Of a stretch of 31,169 nt of DNA, positions 18,632 through 27,210 are shown piece after piece. The position numbers and the translations under genes were made by a program. Within the stretch, counting starts at the first letter, position 1. Each line of letters starts with the position of its first letter. The notes under the pieces are model-generated. The model was not told the DNA's origin, did not search any database, and worked only from the letters and a program-made list of their open reading frames with translations. Origin of the DNA: Promethearchaeota archaeon (GTDB lineage: Archaea; Asgardarchaeota; Lokiarchaeia; Sigyniarchaeales; SOKP01); NCBI GenBank assembly GCA_048940925.1, contig JBHLOC010000036.1, forward strand, positions 15,923 to 47,091, in the 5' to 3' direction.

Positions 18632-19276
18632 TTAATAATTCTTCTTGATCCAATCTTGAAAATTTATTTTTCTAAGCTGTTCTGCCCATAAAACTTTTAT
18701 ATTAGGTGTATCGGAGATTAATTTTTCTCTTTTAAGAAGTTCATATAATTTCTCAACAGATTTTTCAATCAATATTTCGTATAATACTTCCTTATTTTCA
18801 AATCCTTTAATTTTGTCTTGTATTTGACTCTTTAATTGTTGAATAATCTTAATCCAATTTTCTTTAAATTTCACAATATATTCTTCAAGTTTATCTGATT
18901 CTTCAATTGAGAATAAAGGGATAGTTAAATGATATTTGTCATTTCTTAATTTGATTAGATTATACCATTCTAAATTCATAAGATGATTGTTTAGTGTTTC
19001 TTTTGCCCATTGGTAAGAAATCTTACAATTATATTCTTCTGTTGTAATTAATAAGGGTTTTGGCGAGAAATTAATATTCTCATAGAGCTCTTGATAACTT
19101 TTTGGTCCTTTAGAAAGCTTAATTAAGATCTCCCTTCTTACTTTATTATCTAAGATCCATGGAATTTCTGGGTCATCCCAAGGTTTTCCGGTTGCAAAAT
19201 CAAACCATGGTTGTATTTGATCTATATTTACTTTTCCTACAAATCTACAATTATGATATTTAGTATTTTCCTTCAT
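18632..19276 (-). CDS. Winged helix-turn-helix (ArsR-like) domain protein
   Basis: VRREILIKLSKGPKSYQEL...KETLNNHLMNLEWYNLIKLRNDKYHLT, with an insertion within the HTH. Confidence 0.7.
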   Translation of the reverse strand: MKENTKYHNCRFVGKVNIDQIQPWFDFATGKPWDDPEIPWILDNKVRREILIKLSKGPKSYQELYENINFSPKPLLITTEEYNCKISYQWAKETLNNHLMNLEWYNLIKLRNDKYHLTIPLFSIEESDKLEEYIVKFKENWIKIIQQLKSQIQDKIKGFENKEVLYEILIEKSVEKLYELLKREKLISDTPNIKVLWAEQLRKINFQDWIKKNY

Positions 19277-19304
19277 TTTTTTTCCCTTATTTATTCGATC
19301 TTAA

Positions 19305-20279
19305 TTACTTTATTAATTGATCTTCTTGAAGCATTGCTTCGATGAGAATATCAGTAGCTTCTTCTTCAGTTAAACCCTTAGCTTGGAGCTCATCAAGCCA
19401 TTTTTGCGGAAATCTCCCTAAAGAAGCTTCGTGTGAAATACTCGAGGTAGGATCAATTGCCCTAATAAAAGGACGAGCCCTACATATGGAACCTTTTCCT
19501 AATACAATTTCACTACATTCTACATGACCATTACATCGTGGAGCGTTTCCTTCAGTAACACCATACATTAACACTTCACCGCCATCTTTTGCTGCTGCTT
19601 TCATCTTAATTACGCTCCTTGCATTCTCTCCCTCAAGAAAAACAGAGTCTCGAATTCTAATAGAGTCTTTCTTGCATTTTCCAAAAGCTTTGATATTAGA
19701 TCTAACCACGCTATTTCTCATTGCATAAATGTCAATCATGATTTTTACTTGTCCAGGTGTTCCTCTTGTAAGATTAAAATTATTTTCAAAAACACTATTT
19801 TCTCCAATATACATATAGCCAACTGGTGCTACTAAAGCTCCTGAATTTTCACCATGATAGTGAGTTTCGCTATATGTAAAATTACTATTTTTTCCAACAT
19901 AAAAATGTCCAAACATTTTATGAATAAGTCCATTTGCTTTTGGAAAACTACAATGTGCTTGCACAATCGCCTCCGTATTATCCTCAGCAATGATTCTAGG
20001 GAATATTTCTTGAACTCCAGTTTCTTTATTTACACCAAAACATAAATGAATTGGTTCTTCAATTTTAGTTCCTTCTTTAATTATGACATCTGCTACTATT
20101 CCATTTTCAATTTCTCTTCCTTTTAATATAACGCCATCTACTTGTTCTACTCCACTTATCTTATTAAAATTTAAAAGAAGTTTAGCACCTTTCCCATGAC
20201 CGGGAATGAAATCTCTAATATCAATATTGTAATCTTCAAGACTTTCTAGAATTTCTTCAGGATATTCAATTTTACTCAT
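19305..20279 (-). CDS. sufB: SufB/SufD-family Fe-S assembly protein (SmsB of the minimal SMS system)
   Basis: PIHLCFG, AHCSFP, YSETHYHG, GHVECSEI, ISHEASLG, GLTEEEATDIL; ATGA overlap with sufC. Confidence 0.9.
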   Translation of the reverse strand: MSKIEYPEEILESLEDYNIDIRDFIPGHGKGAKLLLNFNKISGVEQVDGVILKGREIENGIVADVIIKEGTKIEEPIHLCFGVNKETGVQEIFPRIIAEDNTEAIVQAHCSFPKANGLIHKMFGHFYVGKNSNFTYSETHYHGENSGALVAPVGYMYIGENSVFENNFNLTRGTPGQVKIMIDIYAMRNSVVRSNIKAFGKCKKDSIRIRDSVFLEGENARSVIKMKAAAKDGGEVLMYGVTEGNAPRCNGHVECSEIVLGKGSICRARPFIRAIDPTSSISHEASLGRFPQKWLDELQAKGLTEEEATDILIEAMLQEDQLIK

Positions 20280-21073
20280 GATTTATTTTCCTCCTCAAAA
20301 ATTCTGTCTATATAATCTTCATCAAAACAAAATCCTTCATGTTGGAACAGTTTCCGTTTACAAAACTCTTTTAATCCTGCCTTTGCACAATACTTTAACA
20401 TTACATTTGGAAATACATCTGTTAATAAAGAATCACCTCTCCATAAAAGAGTCCCATAATCGGCTACCATGCCAATATCTTCTCTATGAGTAATCAGTAA
20501 AATTGTCATATTCAATTTTTTAATTTTTTCAAAGATATTCATAAAATCCTCTATAACAATAAAATCTAAACCTGAATCTGGTTCATCTAAGATTATTAAT
20601 CTAGGTCTCATAGCAATTGTTGCAGCTAATTCCACTCTCTTTCTCTCACCTCCACTCAACAATTCGTCTATTACTCGATTTAAATATCTTTCTGGCTCTA
20701 GATTTACAATTTTAAGAGATTCAGTAATTTTTTCATTAAGGTTTGTCTTATCTTTTATACCAAGGGCGATATATTTATATACTGATAAACCATCAATTCT
20801 AGCTGGCTCTTGCCAAGCTAATGTAATTCCCAATTTAGCTCTTTCTGTTATGCTTAAATCAGTAATATCTATACCATCAAAATATATCTTACCTTCAGAA
20901 GGTTTATAATTTTCTAAACCCATTATTGTATATGCTAGTGTTGACTTTCCGCTTCCATTAGGTCCTATAACAGCATGGATCGTACCTTCTCTTACACCAA
21001 ATGATATTTTATTAATTATTACACACTTTTGGTCAAGTGTTGGTATAGTAAGATCTTTAATTTCTAAAATCAA
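20276..21073 (-). CDS. sufC: SufC-like ABC ATPase (SmsC)
   Basis: GPNGSGKST, LAWQEP, LSGGERKRVELA, LDEPDSGLD, ITH; three C-terminal Cys residues; TTG start. Confidence 0.9.
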   Translation of the reverse strand: MILEIKDLTIPTLDQKCVIINKISFGVREGTIHAVIGPNGSGKSTLAYTIMGLENYKPSEGKIYFDGIDITDLSITERAKLGITLAWQEPARIDGLSVYKYIALGIKDKTNLNEKITESLKIVNLEPERYLNRVIDELLSGGERKRVELAATIAMRPRLIILDEPDSGLDFIVIEDFMNIFEKIKKLNMTILLITHREDIGMVADYGTLLWRGDSLLTDVFPNVMLKYCAKAGLKEFCKRKLFQHEGFCFDEDYIDRIFEEENKS

Positions 21074-21215
21074 TTTGAACCACTAAATTAATTCCTTAAA
21101 TATAATTTAAGAAATCTTCACTATTTTATTTATTTCTCGTTTTAATAGGAAATTAAAATATCTCCGAAACTGTTTCATTAGGAAATATATAAAAAAAATC
21201 TAAAAATGTATTATA

Positions 21216-21256
21216 TTAGGTAAATTAAAAAAGACCTAAATAATATTATCTTAGGT
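21216..21256. promoter_or_regulatory. Candidate operator: three TTAGGT/ACCTAA half-sites in the divergent sufC-PAC2 intergenic region
   Basis: TTAGGT 21216-21221, ACCTAA 21234-21239, TTAGGT 21251-21256; the last two flank the palindrome ATAATATTAT. Confidence 0.3.
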
Positions 21257-21346
21257 TTTATTATATATTATATATAACAAAATAATCAAGAAGAAGTGAT
21301 TATAAAAAAAATTAAAATAATGTGTTTGCAATGGTAAAAAAAGAAT

Positions 21347-22153
21347 ATGTTTGCGAAAAATTACTTAGATCAAGTCGATCAAGTATTTCAAGGCAAAAAA
21401 AGTAGTATAATTATAGAGGATTTTGGTGGAATGCGAGAAGGTGCTACTTTAATTCTAGGGTTCGCAGGAATAGGACTTATTGGACCAATTGTGGCTAATA
21501 CCTTAATAGAGCAATTACCAGATATAAAAGAGATAGGGTTTGTTACTAGTGAGTATCTCCCTCCAATTAGCGTTTTTTATGCGGGAGTTTTAAAACATCC
21601 TTTCAGAATTCTATATTCCCCTCAACATAACTTAATTATCGGGGTGTGTGAAGTTCCTTTTCAGGTGAGCAATGCTTATAATGATCTTGCTAAAACAATT
21701 TGTAATTGGGCCTTATCAGATGATATTAAGGCAAAAGAAATAGTAATTTTCCAAGGAATCCCACAGCGTGGTATTATTGATGAATATCCAGTTTATTATG
21801 CTGCTGAAGAAGTTATGATGAAATCTCTTGAGAAATTTGGAATCTCTAAAGTAGAGAAAGGAATTATCGTGGGACCTGAGGCGACCGTTTTAAATGAAGC
21901 TTTAACCAATCATTTAAATGCTTTTGCCTTGTTTACTCCAGTATTAGAAATTCCGACTCCTGAAGGTGCTGCTAGCATTTTAGAAGTATTAAACAAGATA
22001 TATGAATTAAATATAGATACAACCCAACTTATAGAACAAGGAAAAGATATTAAAGCTAAAATGTTAGAATTAGCACAGAAAGCGCAAGAATATCAAAAAC
22101 AACAAGCTGCTTTACCTGGATCTGGCAAAGAGTACACAGGTTATTTTCAATAA
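21347..22153 (+). CDS. Proteasome assembly chaperone PAC2 family protein
   Basis: LILGFAGIGLIGPI, LPPISVF, HPFRILY, GIIVGPEATVL, PTPEGAASILEVL, IDTTQLIEQGKDI. Confidence 0.88.
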   Translation: MFAKNYLDQVDQVFQGKKSSIIIEDFGGMREGATLILGFAGIGLIGPIVANTLIEQLPDIKEIGFVTSEYLPPISVFYAGVLKHPFRILYSPQHNLIIGVCEVPFQVSNAYNDLAKTICNWALSDDIKAKEIVIFQGIPQRGIIDEYPVYYAAEEVMMKSLEKFGISKVEKGIIVGPEATVLNEALTNHLNAFALFTPVLEIPTPEGAASILEVLNKIYELNIDTTQLIEQGKDIKAKMLELAQKAQEYQKQQAALPGSGKEYTGYFQ

Positions 22154-22380
22154 TCAAAGCTTTTTATTCATTTTATTTTTTTACTAATTTCTTAAAATAG
22201 AACTCTTTTTTAAATTCATTCTAAATGATTCAGGCTAATTTTAGTTTATATATTAAAATAATAAAATGAAAGAAATTAGTTTATTGATATTTTATAAAAA
22301 TGAAATTTAAAACATCTTTATTTTTATACAGATTAAGGTTTAATTATTAATGCTTATTAGATTTGTACATGTGGTAAAAT

Positions 22381-22833
22381 TTGGGGAGATTTAAGGAGAA
22401 GTTTATTCCAGTCCAGATAAATCAGGAATTATGTTTAAAATGTGAGCGATGTTTACGCGCTTGTAAAGCTAAAGCTATATATTTTGAGCATGGAATTAGA
22501 ATGGTTGACTACAATAAATGTAGAGCATGTTTAAATTGTGTTCAAGTCTGCCCTCGAAATGCAATTGAAGTAACATCTATTCTTAGGAAAGATCAAGTGA
22601 TAAGCATAAAAATTGATCACGAAGATTGTTCTATGTGTGAAGAATGCTTGGATGGAAGTGGTAATTTTTGTCCTAAGAATCTTTTTTATGTTGATAAATT
22701 TAAAAATAAACAAGACGAAGAAATTAAAGGTATCAAATTTAAGTTTAAAGAAATTGCAAAATGTCAGGGATGCTTAAGATGTGCTGACCTCTGTCCCGAA
22801 AATGCAATAAAACCAGTTAAATATGAAATTTAA
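22381..22833 (+). CDS. Polyferredoxin (four 4Fe-4S motifs)
   Basis: CLKCERCLRAC, CRACLNCVQVCP, CSMCEECLDGSGNFCP, CQGCLRCADLCP; TTG start. Confidence 0.88.
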   Translation: MGRFKEKFIPVQINQELCLKCERCLRACKAKAIYFEHGIRMVDYNKCRACLNCVQVCPRNAIEVTSILRKDQVISIKIDHEDCSMCEECLDGSGNFCPKNLFYVDKFKNKQDEEIKGIKFKFKEIAKCQGCLRCADLCPENAIKPVKYEI

Positions 22834-23480
22834 GATTCGAGTTTTTGAATTTTTTTTACTAAGTCATTTAAGTAGAGGTTTCCCATTCCTAATTTGACAA
22901 GTTCAGAGAAAAATAAAACGACTGCGAATCTCATTTCTTGGATATCTATATAATAGGAGCAAATTTTATGATTATTTTCTAATTCGAGATACATCTTCTT
23001 TAAACTACTAAGTTTTTTCTCACTCCTTACTTCAAATTCTTTAATTATCGAAAATAATGTAGTACTTGGAAGAGAAGAATATAAAACATGCCCATCTACA
23101 TTAAATAATCCAGTTCCCAGAATTTCTTTATCATCTACATAACTTCTTAAAAGGTTAATAATCTCTTGGAACAACGGTTGGGTCGTTAAATCTTTAGTTT
23201 GCTCTTTTTGTTCTATCTCACCGCCTCCTTCATAAAATTCCATTTTAGAAAATTCAAAATCGACCTTTTGATATCCACGAACTTTAAAATTTTTATCTAC
23301 GAAGGACTGAAAACTATGACCACATACAGTTCCAGAGGGAATTGATATAGTAGTCAATTGTTTACTCTGGTTTATAATTTGAGTAGGTATTTTCAATTCT
23401 TTTCTTGTTTTGCAGGTTGGGCAAACTACAGTAATATCTTCATACAACTCTTTAGCTGCAATATCATCTGTCTCGATCAT
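22830..23480 (-). CDS. Zn-ribbon + roadblock/profilin-like domain protein
   Basis: N-terminal CPTC...CGH ribbon; C-terminal ILGTGLFNVDGHVLYSSLP and LGMGNLYLNDLVKKI resemble the roadblock/MglB fold. Confidence 0.62.
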   Translation of the reverse strand: MIETDDIAAKELYEDITVVCPTCKTRKELKIPTQIINQSKQLTTISIPSGTVCGHSFQSFVDKNFKVRGYQKVDFEFSKMEFYEGGGEIEQKEQTKDLTTQPLFQEIINLLRSYVDDKEILGTGLFNVDGHVLYSSLPSTTLFSIIKEFEVRSEKKLSSLKKMYLELENNHKICSYYIDIQEMRFAVVLFFSELVKLGMGNLYLNDLVKKIQKLES

Positions 23481-23636
23481 ATATATCTTCTTTCTTCTTT
23501 TTATTGTAATTTTATCTCTTTAGAATAGTATATTGATTCTAATATTTATTTTCTTACTTACTTATTTAATAAAGTTCTATTAAATTTTATCTGATCATCC
23601 AATGAAATTGGTTTTTAAATAATTATCATTTTATAA

Positions 23637-25208
23637 TTATAATTCAAATCTCTGATCAGTCCAACCAAGACTTGAAAACGCATTTGCTCTTTTAGAACAA
23701 CTTGAACATTTCCCGCAGGGTTCTTCTCCATCACTATAGCAACTCCATGTTAATTCAAATGGGACTTTTAATTCTTTAGCTAATTTTAATACATCTTCTT
23801 TTCTCATTTTGATTAGAGGAAATATTAATCTAATTTTGCGTTTATCTTTTGAATGTTTTCCCGTATTAATCAATTTTTCAATTGAGTTAAAGAATTGAGA
23901 ATTAGTATCAGGAAACTTCTTAGTATCAATCATAATATGTCCTCCTATTATATAATTACATCCATATACTTCTGCGTAATAAGCTGCAATAGAATAAAAT
24001 ACAAGATTTCGCATTGGAATGAATCCTTCTGGAGCATGAATAGCACTTGGAACAGGGAATCCTTCTATTCTCAAATCTATACTTTCTTTTAAATATTCTA
24101 TTGGAACCTCAATTATGTTCACTCGCAAAATTTCAGCTAACTTTTTAGCTGCCAATTTCTCTTTTTCTGGGCGGAAATGATAATTAAAGGATATGGCATA
24201 CAACTCATAACCTTCATGATGTGCCAAGAATAAAGCAGTAGCAGAATCGAGTCCGCCAGATAGTAATATAATCGCTTTTTTTTCAACTTCTTTCTCTTTA
24301 GGGACTAATTTTGCTACGACTGAAGCTTTAACCGCTGTATTAATATCTGATAAATCAAAACCTAAAGCATTAGCTGTTTTATTACCATCTGAAATAATAT
24401 CACACTGCATGACATCTATCATTTCTTTACAAATACCAAATTTTTTAGGTGCTTGATTATAAGGTATAGATTCAATTCGGGGTGTTGGAACATTAAATCC
24501 AATCTCTCTCATGACTTTAAGCACCATATCTATTAAATCACGCATATCAATTATTTTTGGACCAACAAGGTCGTATACTTGATTGCTTTTACCTATTCCA
24601 TCTGCAGCAGCTAAAAAAGCTCTAACAGCATCTTTTACAAATATAGGTTGCATTGAAATTTTTCCACTACCAGCAATATAGATAGTTCCCGCTCCAATCT
24701 GTTCAACCATATCCGGGATTATTTCATCACTTGAACCTAAAATGTAAGAAGGTCTAAAAATAACATAAGGAACATCACTTTCGCGAATAATTTGTTCAGC
24801 TACCCATTTAGAGCGAAAATATTCATTATTAGCCCAACTAATTTTGCCATATTTATCAACTCCTAAACCTGAAGGGAATATAATTCGAGAAATTTTTACT
24901 TCTTTTGCTGCCTTAACAATTGTTTTTATACCCTCAATGTTAATTTTCTCGAATTTTTCTTTAGATCCACATACGACTCCTCTAAAATGAATTAATGCTT
25001 TACATCCAACTAATACTTCTTTAATTGAGTCAAAATTAAAATCTGTTATGACTATAGCTTTAGCACCTAAGCTTTTTACTTCTTTTGCTGCATCTTCTCG
25101 ACGGACAATTCCAATAATATCCCAACCATTTTGAATGGCTTGTTTTATAGTATGTTGTCCTAAATATCCATTAGCACCTGTAATAACTAATTTTTTAGTT
25201 TCAATCAT
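23637..25208 (-). CDS. queC: Fusion: NAD(P)-dependent extended/atypical SDR (about aa 1-300) + 7-cyano-7-deazaguanine synthase QueC (about aa 308-523)
   Basis: SDR: ITGANGYLG, YFRSK (YxxxK), FRPSYILG, QPIFVKD. QueC: AIILLSGGLDS, IPMRN, TWSCY-x6-CGKCSSC zinc site. No stop between the domains. Confidence 0.88.
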   Translation of the reverse strand: MIETKKLVITGANGYLGQHTIKQAIQNGWDIIGIVRREDAAKEVKSLGAKAIVITDFNFDSIKEVLVGCKALIHFRGVVCGSKEKFEKINIEGIKTIVKAAKEVKISRIIFPSGLGVDKYGKISWANNEYFRSKWVAEQIIRESDVPYVIFRPSYILGSSDEIIPDMVEQIGAGTIYIAGSGKISMQPIFVKDAVRAFLAAADGIGKSNQVYDLVGPKIIDMRDLIDMVLKVMREIGFNVPTPRIESIPYNQAPKKFGICKEMIDVMQCDIISDGNKTANALGFDLSDINTAVKASVVAKLVPKEKEVEKKAIILLSGGLDSATALFLAHHEGYELYAISFNYHFRPEKEKLAAKKLAEILRVNIIEVPIEYLKESIDLRIEGFPVPSAIHAPEGFIPMRNLVFYSIAAYYAEVYGCNYIIGGHIMIDTKKFPDTNSQFFNSIEKLINTGKHSKDKRKIRLIFPLIKMRKEDVLKLAKELKVPFELTWSCYSDGEEPCGKCSSCSKRANAFSSLGWTDQRFEL

Positions 25209-25422
25209 TTGGATACTTTATTATTGTTTATTAATTTTAACTTAAATCGATTTTTAAATTTTAAATAAAATAAATGATAATTCTTTTTAATGAAATCTAT
25301 TTTAGTAGTATGAAAAATTCTTTCTATTTATTATTTTAAATAATAAACTATAAAAGGGCTAAATAGCTTCAATTAAACAAAAAATTGAATCAAACAAGTC
25401 CTAAAAAAGGGGTAATCTATTT

Positions 25423-25878
25423 ATGGGATATAAAGTAAGTATAAACTCAACCGAAATTAAATTTAGTGCGTGTCATTTTTTAAAAAAACCCTCTCAATGT
25501 TCAAGACTTCATGGTCATAATTATTATGTCTCTGTTGAAATTTCGGCTGATTTAGATGAAAATCATTTTGTAGTAAATTTTATTGAATTAAATAAGAAAC
25601 TAGAAGAGATAATAAAACCTATGGATCATTACATCTTGGTACCAACAGAATCCAATGATTTAAAGATTATTGAAGAAATGGATTCAGTAAAGATCGTTAC
25701 ATCTGGCAAAGAGTACGTCTTTCCTCAATCCGATGTTTATTATCTCCCTTTACCAGCTACTACTAGCGAACTATTGGCAAAGTATATTCATAACAAATTA
25801 AAAGAAATATATAGTGATAAAAAAATAGTAGTTAAAATCGGAGAAAGTCAAAGTACAATGGCATCCTATGAGGAATAA
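25423..25878 (+). CDS. queD: 6-carboxy-5,6,7,8-tetrahydropterin synthase QueD / PTPS family
   Basis: FSACHFL, CSRLHGHNY, DHYIL, TTSELLAKYI, GES; divergent from queC. Confidence 0.9.
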   Translation: MGYKVSINSTEIKFSACHFLKKPSQCSRLHGHNYYVSVEISADLDENHFVVNFIELNKKLEEIIKPMDHYILVPTESNDLKIIEEMDSVKIVTSGKEYVFPQSDVYYLPLPATTSELLAKYIHNKLKEIYSDKKIVVKIGESQSTMASYEE

Positions 25879-26003
25879 ACAAATGCTTAAGTAAGCACTA
25901 AAGAAAATCCAAAGTAAGATTTATTGAACATGTTCAGCTAAAGAGTTAAATTTATTATAAATTATTAAAAATACAAATAAAAACTCTTATCAGTTGTCTT
26001 CTA

Positions 26004-26900
26004 GTGTTGAGTGATAAAAATTATAAGATTGGAATACTGTACGGAACTCATCCAGATACTGAGATGTTAGCTCAAAAATTCGCTGGCAACCTCATAAATA
26101 ATGAAGAATTCTGTAAAGCATGTGAAAACCTAGATCAAAATGTCAAATGTGATAAATGTCGTGAGCATGTAAAGAGTTTTGCAGGTTCTATTTATTTTTA
26201 TGAAAAGATTGGTGAAAATATCCCTGATTTTATAGAAGAACCTGAACAATTTTTGCCTAAAAATCTTCCCCAAGTAGATTTTATTTTAGTAGTAGGAATT
26301 CATCAAGATTTGTTATCTGGTCTTCCATATTATCTTAAAGACAAAAAAAGTGTAAAAGCTGTAATTGTTCCCATAGAAGATCCTAAATGGGTTCCCGCTG
26401 GTCTTCAAGTTCAAGTTTTAGAAGAATTCGAAAAGTATGGAATTCAGGCAGCTTTTCCTAAACCATTTTGTTCTTTAAGTAGAGAACTAAATGAATATAA
26501 TAAAGTTGGTTTTAACCTCACGAAAGAACATAATTATGTATATGAATTTATAGATTATTTTAAAATAGGAGTTCCAATTGTATCCTTATTATTAAGTAAA
26601 GATGGGGAATCTATTGAAGATACTTGTGTGTTACAATCAGCACCATGTGGGAGTAGTTATTATGTTTGTCAACAACTTAAATCAAAGTATTTTAAAAATG
26701 GGAAAAGTGGGGACTTATCATTAAATGAAAGAATTAGTAAAGCTCATCATGCATATCCGTGTAATGCCTCAATGGATCAAGATAGTATTTTGAAAGATTC
26801 AATCCTTCATGTTGGAGGGTATTTGATCCGAAATGCAATAAGGCGAGAGCTAAATCTAGAAGAACAAGAAGGTCAAAAACTTGTATATGTTATAAAGTGA
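26004..26900 (+). CDS. DUF166-family Cys-rich protein
   Basis: GIHQDL, FPKPFCSL, SAPCGS, HHAYPCNASM, LHVGGY; N-terminal CxxC-x8-CxxC. GTG start. Confidence 0.78.
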   Translation: MLSDKNYKIGILYGTHPDTEMLAQKFAGNLINNEEFCKACENLDQNVKCDKCREHVKSFAGSIYFYEKIGENIPDFIEEPEQFLPKNLPQVDFILVVGIHQDLLSGLPYYLKDKKSVKAVIVPIEDPKWVPAGLQVQVLEEFEKYGIQAAFPKPFCSLSRELNEYNKVGFNLTKEHNYVYEFIDYFKIGVPIVSLLLSKDGESIEDTCVLQSAPCGSSYYVCQQLKSKYFKNGKSGDLSLNERISKAHHAYPCNASMDQDSILKDSILHVGGYLIRNAIRRELNLEEQEGQKLVYVIK

Positions 26901-26910
26901 AGTTATACTC

Positions 26911-26922
26911 TTTTTTTTTTTT
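26911..26922 (+). terminator. Oligo-T tract, candidate archaeal terminator
   Basis: T12 run beginning 11 nt after the DUF166 stop codon. Confidence 0.45.
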
Positions 26923-27210
26923 AAAGATTAAGTATGGAAATTCTTGGTTGAGATATTTTATAGTAAAGTTGATCTTTAATCTGAAGGTTGTAGAACTGAA
27001 AAAAGCCCGATTACCATAAATAAAAAGACTTTTTTTTTGGGAAATTTTTCATACTCTCTTCAAAGCAACACTTTATTGTTGATAATTTAGTTTACTATGA
27101 AATAAAATTAGCATAGAGTATGTGCACGTTTTTTAATTTTTATTTTGACTTGTTAATAACAAAAATTGGACTACAGAAGAAACTTATTCAAATTAATTAA
27201 GATTAAAATT

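Noticed and set aside
26898-26924. Read-through of the DUF166 TGA stop
   Set aside because: An in-frame TAA follows within eight codons, at the end of the oligo-T tract.
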